From: an uncultured Victivallales bacterium
GTDB lineage: Bacteria > Verrucomicrobiota > Kiritimatiellia > UBA8416
Length of the DNA: 46,177 nucleotides
Assembly: GCA_964576795.1 (NCBI GenBank)
Contig: CAZNWT010000026.1
Span: 1-46,177 of the forward strand
Direction: 5' to 3'
Both the position numbers and the translations under genes were made by a program. Shown in pieces: positions 1 through 10,278 of the stretch (positions within the stretch are counted from its first letter, which is position 1; every line of letters starts with the position of its first letter). The notes under the pieces are model-generated. The model searched no databases, was not told where the DNA came from, and worked only from the letters and a program-made list of their open reading frames with translations.

Positions 1-30
1 AAACCACGCTGGTTTTCTGCCCCACTCCTG

Positions 31-918
31 CTATTCTACCCCGTGAACGGTTACCGCAAAGCCAACCCCCAACCAGCCGAGATCATGCACGATCCGATGC
101 AGATAGAACGTTGAAGCAGCGTTGAATCCCGTATTCTGCCCCACCGCAAAATCAACATGGCAATCGGTGGAAAACCAGCCATACCACCAAGCGCAGGACA
201 AAAGGGGCACCACGGCCAACACCACCAAGCCCTTGAAGGTCCGCGGCTGGCCAACCCCGAAGAGCCACAGCAAGGCACAGCCGCCGGCATAAAACAGGCC
301 CGTCTCCTTGGACAACATGGCCACCCCTAGGCTGAACGCCGCAAAGGGAAGCTTGCGGTGTAAGAGGAGCAGTATCGCCAGCAGACCGAATGTGGCCGCC
401 GGCAGATCGCGCTTAACCCATACATCAAAAAAGACGCTGCCGGGCATCACCGCCAGAAAGAACACCGACCACAAGGCTACGCGCTGGTTGAACACCTTCC
501 GGTTGATCGCTAGGATCAGGAGCGCATTGACCGCCGACAGCGTAATCGTGAGCAGCTCCACCCGCTCGGCAAAGCCCTGCTTCAACGGCTGCAACAACAA
601 CATCAAGCCACAAAAGAGGGGCGGATGCCGCCAGAACCAGTTTGAGAAATGGTCAGTTCCCTCGGCCAGAAACGCACGTACGGCGCACAGGTTCATCGCC
701 TCATCCCACACCAGAAGATGCCCGATCCACCGCCATCGAAGCAGAACCAGGAGCAGCAGAGAGACAATCAGCACCGCCTGATGGAGGCGCGCCGACCGTA
801 TGTGGCGAAAGTTCATCATACCTAGCTGCAGGATAGCACGATTGCCCTCGCTATGCAAGAATCGTAGTCCGCTGTTCAGGCTTGCGAGGGGCGTGGTCCG
901 CACGCCACAATGCGGCAT
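31..918 (-). CDS. Polytopic membrane protein, GT39/GT83 (PMT/ArnT-like) glycosyltransferase family; true start probably internal (MMNFRH...)
   Basis: The 295-aa ORF is highly hydrophobic with multiple TM segments. It carries a 'WDEAMN' loop motif typical of the DE motif in PMT/ArnT-type lipid-carrier glycosyltransferases, and an 'LSKETG' motif shared with the ORF at 7134-8909. It is short for this family, so it may be truncated. Confidence 0.5.
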   Translation of the reverse strand: MPHCGVRTTPLASLNSGLRFLHSEGNRAILQLGMMNFRHIRSARLHQAVLIVSLLLLVLLRWRWIGHLLVWDEAMNLCAVRAFLAEGTDHFSNWFWRHPPLFCGLMLLLQPLKQGFAERVELLTITLSAVNALLILAINRKVFNQRVALWSVFFLAVMPGSVFFDVWVKRDLPAATFGLLAILLLLHRKLPFAAFSLGVAMLSKETGLFYAGGCALLWLFGVGQPRTFKGLVVLAVVPLLSCAWWYGWFSTDCHVDFAVGQNTGFNAASTFYLHRIVHDLGWLGVGFAVTVHGVE

Positions 919-1222
919 GAGGACGAAGCATCTGCACCGCCGTTTCCGCGCCCATTTGTTTATCCTGACGGCGCCTCACCCCTCTATCCCTTTGTCAAAC
1001 GCGCTGTACTCGGTCTGGACGAAGGCAAGAACGCCTCGGAAAGCGACTACGTCTGCGTGATTACAGTGGTTCCAAATAACTCCCTACATCGAGCTGCTAG
1101 GGTGGCCATCCAGGAATCGCCGAGGGTGGGCGGGCACGAAAAGGCAGCCGATTGGGTTTGATCGGCTACAGATTCTGGTTTATGAACGGGGGGGTGCTGA
1201 AGCTGCTTCTACACGCCGGTCG

Positions 1223-2272
1223 CTATCCTGGAGCGAACCGGAGCTGACCAATGCGCGGAGGATTCAGAGAGATGGGCACATAGATCAGTGCAGCGAACAT
1301 GAGTCGCACTAAGCTGATGTCCGTCAGCTTGCGTGCGAAATGTTTGAGGCGGACCAATACACCGTCGTCAAGGATTTGCCAGATGGTATCGGCAACCAAG
1401 AGCATGATGTGGTAGTTCTTCGACGCCGTTGATGGCGTGCAGAAAGCGTGCTCCAGCCCATACCCATTGTTCTTGAGCACATTGAAATTCTCTTCTTGTC
1501 GGAAACGGGCCTGTCCTGTGGCAATGACGCTGCAAACTCTCTTGGTATCAAGCCGAAGGTTGGTGACCCACACCCAGAGCGTCACGGCATGTGGAGCGAT
1601 CTTGCCGAGAAAGATCACATTGAGAGGGGGATCGGAGACGGGGACCTGTTCCGCCCATCCGGTGGTTTGATCAACCCTTCCGTGCTCTCCCATGCGCTGG
1701 CCCTTCCAGATATGAGAAGGACTCATCAACATCGTTTGGATAGCTTCATTAAATGCAGTGGGCTGGCGGCCTTCTTTTATCGTAATGATGAACTTCCATC
1801 CGTATTGTTTACACTGATCAAGTATCGCTTCGACGGCATAGAGGCCATCGAGCAACAGGCAAATCGACAAGCGCGGAGTTTCCTCACGCAAGCGACGACT
1901 AAGCCGGTCAAAGCCTTTCAGTTCGCAGTCTTTCTTGTCGCGTACCGGATCATGAACATCAAGAAACTCGACCATCAAAGGCAGTTCGAGGCCGCAGTGG
2001 CCGATCAGGCGCGCTTCCAGTACCATGCAATAGCGCTTGTGCCCCTGTTTGTGCGTTCGCTGCTGTAGTATTCCGTCCATAGCGAGGCACCACCAGCTAC
2101 CGAAAAGTCGGCTCGCATCAAGCATTCGCATGCCCATGAGACAACGAACCATTTTCAACAGAACTTGCTCCACCTTCGAAGGCTCCACTCGTTTCGCGTG
2201 GTGAAGGCGTTTTCCGAACAGGTCACCGTGCGCCGTTCTCCCAGTCGATCTTCTTCCCATGGCTGAGCGCAT
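1223..2272 (-). pseudogene. DDE transposase C-terminal catalytic part (IS4/IS1634-like), frameshifted relative to the upstream segments
   Basis: The 349-aa ORF has IS4-family motifs ('LLLDGLY', 'GQARFRQEENFNVLKN'). An overlapping ORF at 2155-2601 in another frame supplies the N-proximal part. Confidence 0.6.
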
Positions 2273-2601
2273 ATGCGCTGGATATTTTCGGGGAAGAGGC
2301 CCGTATTGCGATCAACATCGAAAGTGTTGCGAGGGCCTCCACGAGTCAGAAAGGTCATGATCACCTCCCACCATATATGGGCACCGCTATAACGATACAT
2401 GGGGGCCAAGCGCGGATCAGGAAGATCATTGAACCGGTTCAGTTCCGGCCAGCAGTGGTGGGTAGCGCCCACCAGTATGTCGAGAATGGGCGGGATGTCC
2501 TCTACAGTTCGCGGCTTGCGGTGTGTCCGTGGATGATCGCCAGAGACTGTTTCGTTTCTTTTCGAATCAGTTGCTTGAGTCGCTTGTACTCCTGCGTCCA
2601 T
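2155..2601 (-). pseudogene. Transposase middle fragment (frameshifted)
   Basis: The 148-aa ORF overlaps both the 2502-2897 ORF and the 1223-2272 ORF in different frames, consistent with one disrupted ~550-aa transposase. Confidence 0.45.
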
Positions 2602-2897
2602 CTTCGCACCTCATCAACCATCTCGACGGGAACGTAGACCGTCTTCGTTTTGCCCGCCACCTTGTACGTCAAATGCCAGGACGAACTCTTGCGTCCTGAT
2701 CGCTTGTACTCACAGAGCGAACCCTCCACAAAGGGGCCGATTTTGGAAATCTGGTCGAGGTAACTTTTCTGCAACTTGTGATGCCGGTTCGTAGGCGCTG
2801 TGTTTTTTGTTGTCATGTCAGAAGTATATCTACTGCCGACATTTAGGCAAGAAAAAAACGTGTCGAAAAAATATTTTCCAATACGCTCAGCTTCCAT
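2502..2897 (-). pseudogene. Transposase N-terminal fragment or transposase-associated small ORF
   Basis: The 131-aa ORF is basic and Lys/Arg rich ('WHLTYKVAGKTKTVYVPVEMVDEVRRWTQEYKRLKQL'). It is contiguous with, and overlaps, the downstream transposase fragment. Confidence 0.35.
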
Positions 2898-3376
2898 CCA
2901 CGACTTCAGCTATCTACTACTGGCCTGTACACCTATTGCAACTCGAAGAATTTGTAATGTAAAACCGCTGCCAGAACTGCGATACTAACAGCCATGACGG
3001 GCGATCATGTCACGGAAAACCGGCATCTCTCTGTACGCAACCGCGTCGAGACGCCACGGTCCACCGGGTTGACGAAAACGGGCGACGAGAGTGGATAACG
3101 ATCCTTCGCCGTTCCGGCTATGGCGTGACAGAGCAGAGAGTATCCCATCGTCCACCGTTCTCGTCGCCCGCTCTCGTTGCCCAATGAGATTGTGGCGAAC
3201 ATGTGATGCGCCCGATCCCTACTCCGCAACACCTTACGAAAAACGCACACCCGTGCCCCCCCCCTCAACCAAACGCGTTGCGCCAAATACCCACCCTTGC
3301 AAACCTCGACCGACCATGATATTTATTATTGTCAAAATCAGGTATGGTATTGTGATCATAAGCATGGAGGCATAGC

Positions 3377-4024
3377 ATGACAGAGTGGTGGCACAATCTT
3401 TCGTCCATCAACAGAGGGTTCTTCTGCGCAGCTGCTTTTTTCAGTGTCTTCTTTCTCTGGCAGATGCTCGCAGCCCTGTTGGGCCTTGGCGACGATGATG
3501 GCGGCGATGACATTTCCGACAGTGGTGACGTTGACTCTGATATGGATGATTTCGATTCAGGGGCTGACACCGACTCGTCTGCAACCATCGTTGCATTTAA
3601 ACTCCTCAGCATTCGCGCGATTATCACATTTTGCACGCTTTTCTCCTGGGGAAGCGCACTCTACCTCAATCAGGGGGATGGGCTCACACGTTCAATGGGG
3701 ATCTCGGCAATTTGGGGACTAGCCGGAATGGCTAGCGTCGCCTTGGTTCTATCACTCCTTCCAAAACTGGCCCACACAGGAACCAAGCGCATCAGCTCAT
3801 CGCTCGGAGCCGAGGGCACCGTCTATCTGGACATTCCAGAGGGGGGGCTAGGCGAAATCAGAGTTTCCGTCAGCAACGTCATCTCCTACGTAAAGGCGAG
3901 AGACGTTTCCGGCAAAGCACTCAAAACAGGAACCCCCGTCGTTGTCCGCCGTATTGTCGATCAAACAACCGTTGCCGTAGAATCAATATCACGTTCTAAC
4001 ACAGAAATAGGAGGTACAGAGTGA
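3377..4024 (+). CDS. NfeD-like membrane protein (YuaF-type), partner of flotillin
   Basis: It has an N-terminal TM region, an acidic Asp/Gly-rich linker, and a C-terminal beta-rich (OB-fold-like) segment 'VSVSNVISYVKARDVSGKALKTGTPVVVRRIVDQ'. Its stop overlaps the flotillin start (ATGA at 4021), matching the classic nfeD-floT operon arrangement. Confidence 0.6.
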   Translation: MTEWWHNLSSINRGFFCAAAFFSVFFLWQMLAALLGLGDDDGGDDISDSGDVDSDMDDFDSGADTDSSATIVAFKLLSIRAIITFCTLFSWGSALYLNQGDGLTRSMGISAIWGLAGMASVALVLSLLPKLAHTGTKRISSSLGAEGTVYLDIPEGGLGEIRVSVSNVISYVKARDVSGKALKTGTPVVVRRIVDQTTVAVESISRSNTEIGGTE

Positions 4025-5508
4025 TCCATTCCATGCTACCCGTCATCATTGCACAAGCCGCGCGCACATCGCGTTCAGGGGCGCCCGTCGGCCTAATTCT
4101 ATCTATGATTCTGGCGGCAGCCGTTATCGTGCTTTTTATCAGTTTTGCCAAGCGCTACAAACGGTGTCCTTCAAATCGAATTCTCGTAATTTATGGCAAG
4201 ACCAATCAAGGTGCAGCACGCTGTATTCATGGCGGAGCCGCTTTTATATGGCCGCTGATTCAAGCCTACGATTTTCTGGATCTTGAGCCATTCGTGGTTC
4301 CGATTGATCTCAAAAATGCGCTCTCGTTTGAAAACATCCGAGTCACTGTACCCACCACGGTGACCGCCGCCGTCTCAACCACAGCAGGCATTATGCAAAA
4401 TGCCGCAATCCGCTTGCTGGGCCTCACAGCCAAAGAGATTCAGAATCAGGCGCAGGACATTATTCTCGGACAAATGCGTGCCGTGATTGCCACAATGAAA
4501 ATTGAGGAAATCAATCAAGATCGACAGGCTTTTCTGGGAAAGGTCAACGGGGCAGTCAGTGGCGAACTCGAAAAGATCGGACTATCCCTAATCAACGTCA
4601 ATATCCGTGATATTGAAGATGAGTCCGGCTACATTGTCGCCCTCGGCCGCCGCGCCGCTGCCGAAGCCATCAACCAAGCCAACATTGACGTCGCCGAGCA
4701 AGAAAAAACTGGTAAGACGGGCGTCGCAGAGCGAAATCGCGACCAGCGTGTTGCGGTCGCTGCAGCCAATGCCGATGCCGAAATTGGTGAAGCCACAGCG
4801 GACAAAGAGCGTCGCACAAAATCGGCAGCACTCGATGCAGGTGCTGTGGAAGGTGAAACTCAAGCTGATGCAGAAAAAGCGGCCTTCCGAGCCAACCAGA
4901 GCGTTGCTGAACAGAGCGCCCGTAATCGGTCCGAATCCGCCTCACGCGAAGCCGATGGTGCGATTCGCGTAGCGCAGGAAGTAGCCGAGAAGCTTGCAGA
5001 AGAAGCACGAGCAGAGCGCGAGCAGGCTCGTCTGAATGCCGAGATCGTGGTTCCCGCTAATGCTGAACGCGAAAAGGTAGTGATTGCAGCCAATGCCCAG
5101 AAGGAAAAGTCTATACGCATTGCGGAAGGTGAAGCCGCAGCAACGCTGGCACGCATGACAGCAGAGGCCAAAGGTGTTCAAGCCATTTTGGATGGAAAAG
5201 CCGAAGGCTATGAACAGCTCGTGGGTGCATGCTCATCAGCAGAACAGGCGGCCTCTCTACTGTTGATTGAGAAACTGCAAGAAATAGCCCGAATTCAGGC
5301 GCAAGCCATTCAGGATCTTCCCATTGACAAGATCTTTGTATGGGATACAGGCGGCGAGAACCAAGGCATGGCCAATCTGGGACAGCGGATGATGGGAGCG
5401 CTCCCCCCGATGCAGGAACTTGCAAAGCAAATTGGCCTTGATCTTCCCGAGTATCTCGGAAAAGCCACGGGCAAAGAGACAAAGCCAACCGAATCACCAA
5501 CGGCATAG
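4021..5508 (+). CDS. floT: Flotillin-like SPFH/band-7 domain protein (FloT/YuaG-type)
   Basis: The 495 aa comprise an N-terminal membrane anchor, an SPFH domain, and a long Ala/Glu/Arg/Lys-rich coiled-coil (EA-repeat) region, which is the typical flotillin architecture. Confidence 0.85.
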   Translation: MIHSMLPVIIAQAARTSRSGAPVGLILSMILAAAVIVLFISFAKRYKRCPSNRILVIYGKTNQGAARCIHGGAAFIWPLIQAYDFLDLEPFVVPIDLKNALSFENIRVTVPTTVTAAVSTTAGIMQNAAIRLLGLTAKEIQNQAQDIILGQMRAVIATMKIEEINQDRQAFLGKVNGAVSGELEKIGLSLINVNIRDIEDESGYIVALGRRAAAEAINQANIDVAEQEKTGKTGVAERNRDQRVAVAAANADAEIGEATADKERRTKSAALDAGAVEGETQADAEKAAFRANQSVAEQSARNRSESASREADGAIRVAQEVAEKLAEEARAEREQARLNAEIVVPANAEREKVVIAANAQKEKSIRIAEGEAAATLARMTAEAKGVQAILDGKAEGYEQLVGACSSAEQAASLLLIEKLQEIARIQAQAIQDLPIDKIFVWDTGGENQGMANLGQRMMGALPPMQELAKQIGLDLPEYLGKATGKETKPTESPTA

Positions 5509-5525
5509 ATTCACACACGGGAGTC

Positions 5526-6821
5526 ATGACTACACCTGTAGATAATGGGACTCGGGCGGCATATTTGGCCAATGTACTAAGCATTGCCAAAATAGATGAC
5601 GGCGTCGCACCCGACGAATCTCGTGTGTTGCGTTCGATCATTCATCGTATCGGCGCAACACAGCAGGATTTGGTGGCAGCAGGAAAGCTTCTATCCTCTG
5701 GCCGCTTCAATATGGACGTTCCCGATTCGCCCAGTTTGCGAATGGATAACCTGCAAGACATGGTCATGGTTGCACTCGCAGATGGCTCTGTATCGTCGCG
5801 AGAAAGTGCCCCCATTGAAGTGGTCGCAGAGGCCATGAATTATTCACAAGCCGACATTGATCTCGCGGTGAGGCGTGCCAAGCTTGCCCTACAAAAGTTG
5901 CAGAACGAACCCTCTCCCCTGCCCCTTGAAGTCAAGGCCAAGCCCACCACACAAACACCACCCCGAACTCACACCTCGGACTCAAACAGGAAGCACTCGC
6001 GGGAACAGCACGCTCGACCTCAAGAAAGACGCCAATCTTGGCGACAGGATGCCACCGACACAAAACCTGAATCACCACCAGAGATAATACAGTCCCAATC
6101 TGTGCATGCAAAAGAGCAACCGCCCACACGTCCAAAGGCGCAAACCCCCGAATCAATCACAGAACCGCCCCCCACCATACTCGTTCAGGAAACGGCACCG
6201 CCCCCACCCCCGAAAGAAGAAACCGAAAAGAGACCCAACACCTCGACTCGGGCACAAAACTGCGCGGCGGATCGCGCGAAAAGCGATACACCAGACACCT
6301 ACTGCTTCGGGGCCACCGAGGGGCCTCTGAACCCTTGGGGCTGTCGGCTAAGCAAAATGGCGTGGGTGCGCGATGCTGCATGGATGCGCTTGGGGCATTT
6401 CCGCGACGATGTCACGTTCATCTTCGATAAGCGTGCCATAGCCCAACAGCTTGCATCCAATCTTGCTGATGTTCTGGATTGTCCTTACCTGAACACCAAT
6501 TTCACTGAAGCCGCTTTTGACTGCCTTCCCACCCGAGTCAGCGTAGGTGAACGTTGGCACTACCAGTACGCAGAAACATCAGATGCCGACTCAACCACGG
6601 TGAAAGAGACTCATTACGTACACGGGTGTGCCGTTACATCAACAGCCACGGTTGAAGGTGTTGATCCTGTGGGATCGCGAGATGCCCTGAAAATTGTCCG
6701 CAAAGCTACCAAAGCAGTAAAGTATCAAGACGGCGGCATCGACAAGATCGTGAATTTCATAAATGCCTTCGACCGTCCTCGCAATGTAACGAGTCCTTAC
6801 GGGACCCCTCGTCCATTCTAA
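5526..6821 (+). CDS. Hypothetical protein with an N-terminal TerB-like domain, a Pro-rich linker and a C-terminal domain of unknown function
   Basis: The N-terminal ~130 aa ('AYLANVLSIAKIDDGVAPDESRVLRSIIHRIGATQQDL...VMVALADGSVSSRESAPIEVVAEAM') resemble a TerB/DjlA-N-type helical domain. It is followed by a proline-rich low-complexity stretch and a ~190-aa Cys-containing C-terminal domain. It lies immediately downstream of flotillin. Confidence 0.5.
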   Translation: MTTPVDNGTRAAYLANVLSIAKIDDGVAPDESRVLRSIIHRIGATQQDLVAAGKLLSSGRFNMDVPDSPSLRMDNLQDMVMVALADGSVSSRESAPIEVVAEAMNYSQADIDLAVRRAKLALQKLQNEPSPLPLEVKAKPTTQTPPRTHTSDSNRKHSREQHARPQERRQSWRQDATDTKPESPPEIIQSQSVHAKEQPPTRPKAQTPESITEPPPTILVQETAPPPPPKEETEKRPNTSTRAQNCAADRAKSDTPDTYCFGATEGPLNPWGCRLSKMAWVRDAAWMRLGHFRDDVTFIFDKRAIAQQLASNLADVLDCPYLNTNFTEAAFDCLPTRVSVGERWHYQYAETSDADSTTVKETHYVHGCAVTSTATVEGVDPVGSRDALKIVRKATKAVKYQDGGIDKIVNFINAFDRPRNVTSPYGTPRPF

Positions 6822-7133
6822 CTTTGCACACTACTACCTCGGGGCGAAATACCCGCTGCCATATCTGGATTTCTACACACGGGTCAATGCGGCACAAGAA
6901 GAACCCCTAATCGGCTACCGGGACCTGGCGCGTCCATCAACAATCCTCGGGCCCAATAGATCTACCTCGTGTCCCTGCTTCAGGAGCACACAATCCCCTT
7001 TGAAGAACAGGCATCCCTCCCCAACCTTATGGACCTCTGCCGTGAAAGCACATAAGCCGCATGCAGTCTCTCGTCGTGGCAGGCGTAGATTTGCCTGTGC
7101 TTCGGCCTATCATGGCCCTAATTATTTTTGTCC

Positions 7134-8909
7134 CTATTCTCTCGCTGTTGCCTTCGGGCAACCCACGCCGCGGCGCTTGGCAATTTCCAGGTTAAGGAGC
7201 AGGGCGGAGTTCGTGGAATGATATTTTAGCGCGGTTTTCCAGACGTTAGTGGCGGAATCCGTATCGCCTGCTTGTGCGTGCAGGACGCCAAGGGTCAACG
7301 CCGTATCGAGAGAGTAAGGATTCAAGCGGAGTGCACGAGTGTACGCGTCACGAGCGCGGGGGAGGTCGTGAAATGCTTGTTCGTAGATGAAGCCCAAGTC
7401 CTGCCAGATGTAAAAGAAATGCCGAGCATCAAATGCATCATTGGTAATGGCATCCCGATAGACCGCCAAGGCTTGCTTGTATCGCTGTTGACGGGTGAGC
7501 GACATGCCAAGGTGAAGGTGTGCCAGCGTACGTTGTGTTCCTTTGGCCTCACGCAGCGCGAGGCGGGCCGCTCGTTCCGCCGCGCGATGATCGCCGATCG
7601 CATTTTCCTGGACCGCAAGCTCTGTGAGGCAGGTTGGATTGGTTGGGGCCAGACGGTCCTCGTGCGACCACAAGGTCATATTGCTCCGCCAATCCGGCAA
7701 GCGAGCGGTGGTCCGATACGACCAGGCAAGAATGCTCAAGACAGCGGCGAATTGAAGCCAGCGTCGTGATGCTGGAAAACGGTGGCAAGTATGTCGACCG
7801 AGTTCGGCCGCAGCCATGAACAAGCCAATGGCAGGCAGGTATAGGTAACGATCGGCCTCTGGATGGAAAATCGGAATAATATTCGCGACGGGAAGGAGCG
7901 CTGCGTAGAACCAAAGAATACCGAAAGTGCAAATGGGGCGACGACGGCGCGAGCGCCAGGCCAGAGTAAGGAGTGGGACATGAATCACCAAGGCGAGTAG
8001 CAGTCGTGGATCCGTTAGTGTAACCACAGGCGTACTACGCAACACAGACAGTGACAGAGGGTAGACCAATCGTCCGATATACGAAACTACAATGACCGAA
8101 AACGTGAGGATGGATTGGACAACACTAGATCCAAGGCGTTCTGCTTCACCGCCATGACCAGGAAATATGACAAAGCGCATTATCAAATAGACGAAAGCGG
8201 CAGGCAGCATCATCAGGGATACAGATAGCACCGTACGACGGGGCACGCGATGCCTAGGCGACAGGAGCACAGCCAGCGGGGCCAGTACAACAACAAGCAA
8301 GCCGCTTTCTTTAGAAAGCGAGGCGAGCAGGACCAGAATATTCACAAGTATCAGCGCCACGATCCGCGAGCGCCACTGTGTTTTCCGGGCTGCATACAGA
8401 AAGATATGTGTGCCGATCAGAAGAAGTGTTGTAGCCCAAACATCTTCGGAAAATCCAATGCCACAAACGGGTTCGGTAAGGATGGGGTGGATTACAAACG
8501 CCACCCCGGCCCAGAGGGCCACATAGTTTGCACCAAGGCGTCGCATCAGGAGTAGGATCAACAAGGCTGATAACACATGCAAAGCCAAAGCCACACTATG
8601 AAACACAAGTGCATTCTTGCCAAATGCGCCGACGATTGAGTAGTAGATAGCTGTGATAAACGGGCGGTACGACCCTTCGCCGGAGAAGACGAAGTAGTCC
8701 TGTGTGAAACAGGCCTTCAGAAAGCCGGGCCGTGTGATATGTGGGTTGTCGACAATGACCAGATAGTCATCGTAAGTGAAACCATTGCTAAGCATGCTGC
8801 CATAGATCAACGCGCCGAGGATTCCAACAATGATGAGCTGTACAGCAGGTCTGGCAAGCAGTCGTATCAGTAGTGATTCTGAGGTGCTGGCATAACGTTG
8901 GGCATCCAT
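7134..8909 (-). CDS. Polytopic membrane protein of the PMT/GT39-like family with C-terminal TPR repeats
   Basis: The 591 aa have more than 10 predicted TM helices, an 'LSKESG' motif and a 'YDDY' loop. The ~170-aa C-terminus has TPR-like repeats (AL..Y..A......A.....LG). It resembles TMTC/PMT_2-type protein-O-mannosyltransferase-like proteins. Confidence 0.6.
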   Translation of the reverse strand: MDAQRYASTSESLLIRLLARPAVQLIIVGILGALIYGSMLSNGFTYDDYLVIVDNPHITRPGFLKACFTQDYFVFSGEGSYRPFITAIYYSIVGAFGKNALVFHSVALALHVLSALLILLLMRRLGANYVALWAGVAFVIHPILTEPVCGIGFSEDVWATTLLLIGTHIFLYAARKTQWRSRIVALILVNILVLLASLSKESGLLVVVLAPLAVLLSPRHRVPRRTVLSVSLMMLPAAFVYLIMRFVIFPGHGGEAERLGSSVVQSILTFSVIVVSYIGRLVYPLSLSVLRSTPVVTLTDPRLLLALVIHVPLLTLAWRSRRRRPICTFGILWFYAALLPVANIIPIFHPEADRYLYLPAIGLFMAAAELGRHTCHRFPASRRWLQFAAVLSILAWSYRTTARLPDWRSNMTLWSHEDRLAPTNPTCLTELAVQENAIGDHRAAERAARLALREAKGTQRTLAHLHLGMSLTRQQRYKQALAVYRDAITNDAFDARHFFYIWQDLGFIYEQAFHDLPRARDAYTRALRLNPYSLDTALTLGVLHAQAGDTDSATNVWKTALKYHSTNSALLLNLEIAKRRGVGCPKATARE

Positions 8910-9006
8910 CCAGAAAGATTAGACCTTTAAGTATCAAAAGATCAAGCGTATGGTCAGAGTTACGAACAGTTGATAAGAGGCGAGTGCCTATGGATTTCAA
9001 CAGGAG

Positions 9007-10227
9007 TTGGCTGTGAGGATTGAAGTTCAGCGCTGGGTTGATCGAGTTATTGGGCGTGGACTGTGTCGAGTGCTGGGGCTATTTGTTCGAGACAATGGGG
9101 ATATGCAAACGCGCCCCGAGAAAATCCTGGTGATCCTGCTGTCGGAAATGGGAAGCCTAATATTGGCCCGCCCGATGTTTGACAGGCTTTGGAAATTGTA
9201 TCCAAACGCAGCGGTGCACGTACTGCTGTTCGAGCGGAATCAGGAAATCCTGGAGGTCGCGGGTGACGTTTCTCCGGACAGGATCGTCACGGTCAGTGAT
9301 CGTGGTTTGATATCATTTACGATCGATAGTCTGCGTGCCATTCGCAAGATACGAGCCATGAAGATGGATGTGGTGATTGACTGTGAGCTTTTTGCACGGG
9401 CAAGCAGTGTGTTTTCGGCGATGAGCGGCGCGGCGATCAGAGTAGGATTCCATCCGCACACGCAAGAGGGGTTGTACCGCGGAAGTTTCATAAATCGACC
9501 GGTCTTGTACAATCCACACGTCCACATCTCCGAGCAGTTCGTGACATTAGCAGAAGCGATTGGGTCACGGGCTAAGCCGGCGGCCAAACGGCCCCTACGC
9601 GAGGAACCTTATGACATAAGGCAAATGACAGTGTCAGATGTAGAGCGTGATACTGCTAGGGACAGGTTCCATGAGCGGTTTCCAGATGTGGATATCGACA
9701 AGCTGGTACTGTTAGCGCCGAGCGGTGGGCAGCTACCGATCCGGGCATGGGATGTAGACCGGTATGCGGAAGTCGCTGATACGTTGTGCAAAGAAGGGTA
9801 TAGCATTGGGATTATTGGATTGCCCGAGGATCAGAATCTAGCCGCGAGAATTCTAACGCGCTGTCAAAGTGACCGTTGTGTAGATCTGACAAGCTATACC
9901 AAGGGCATCCGAGATCTCATGTTGGTCTTTCAGTTTGCATCGCTGTTGATTGCGAACGACGGTGGGCCAGGGCATTTTGCATCTTTAACGCCATTACCCG
10001 CAATTGTTCTGTTTGGCCCCGAGACTCCCCAGTTGTATGGATCACTGAGCCCACGTGCCCGTAATCTCTTTGCTGGGATATCATGCTCGCCCTGTTTGAC
10101 CGCGTACAACCATCGAAACAGCCCTTGCGATGGGGACAACCTGTGCTTGAAGCTAATCACCACGGAACAAGTAATAACCGCAGCACATGAAGCGCTGGGA
10201 AAAGCCAGCAAACCCAAATGGCGATGA
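9007..10227 (+). CDS. ADP-heptose:LPS heptosyltransferase (glycosyltransferase family 9); start possibly at MQTRPEK (about 9103)
   Basis: It shows GT9 hallmarks: 'KILVIL' N-terminus, 'GDV..SLPA...LR', and central 'LLAPSGG....RAWD...YAEV...L...G..I.IIG.P.D' like RfaF/WaaC/WaaQ. Confidence 0.8.
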   Translation: MAVRIEVQRWVDRVIGRGLCRVLGLFVRDNGDMQTRPEKILVILLSEMGSLILARPMFDRLWKLYPNAAVHVLLFERNQEILEVAGDVSPDRIVTVSDRGLISFTIDSLRAIRKIRAMKMDVVIDCELFARASSVFSAMSGAAIRVGFHPHTQEGLYRGSFINRPVLYNPHVHISEQFVTLAEAIGSRAKPAAKRPLREEPYDIRQMTVSDVERDTARDRFHERFPDVDIDKLVLLAPSGGQLPIRAWDVDRYAEVADTLCKEGYSIGIIGLPEDQNLAARILTRCQSDRCVDLTSYTKGIRDLMLVFQFASLLIANDGGPGHFASLTPLPAIVLFGPETPQLYGSLSPRARNLFAGISCSPCLTAYNHRNSPCDGDNLCLKLITTEQVITAAHEALGKASKPKWR

Positions 10228-10278
10228 AGGGCATTAACCCGCGTTACTCCTTCACCACAAGCTGTAAATCTTTGACCG

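Larger units (their letters stand above)
1223..2897 (-). mobile_element. Insertion-sequence remnant of the IS4 superfamily (IS1634/IS701-like), with the transposase split over three overlapping frames
   Basis: Three consecutive overlapping minus-strand ORFs (2897->2502, 2601->2155, 2272->1223) together encode ~550 aa. The last ORF has the IS4-type R-(3)-E-(6)-K signature ('RFRQEENFNVLK') and a DDE-like core. No homopolymers sit at the frame junctions, so the frameshifts look genuine. Terminal inverted repeats were not identified. Confidence 0.6.

Noticed and set aside
3321-3376. Shared 'ggtatggtat' or 'attttgacaa' strings between the nfeD upstream region and the 41224-41380 region as a common regulatory motif
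   Set aside because: The matches are short (about 9-10 nt) and AT-rich promoter-like. They are probably generic -35 ('ttgaca') elements rather than a specific shared site.
4588-5181. Multiple antisense or alternate-frame ORFs inside the flotillin gene
   Set aside because: They derive from the Ala/Glu/Arg-repeat coiled-coil coding region, which yields open alternative frames. The flotillin frame is the one with clear homology.
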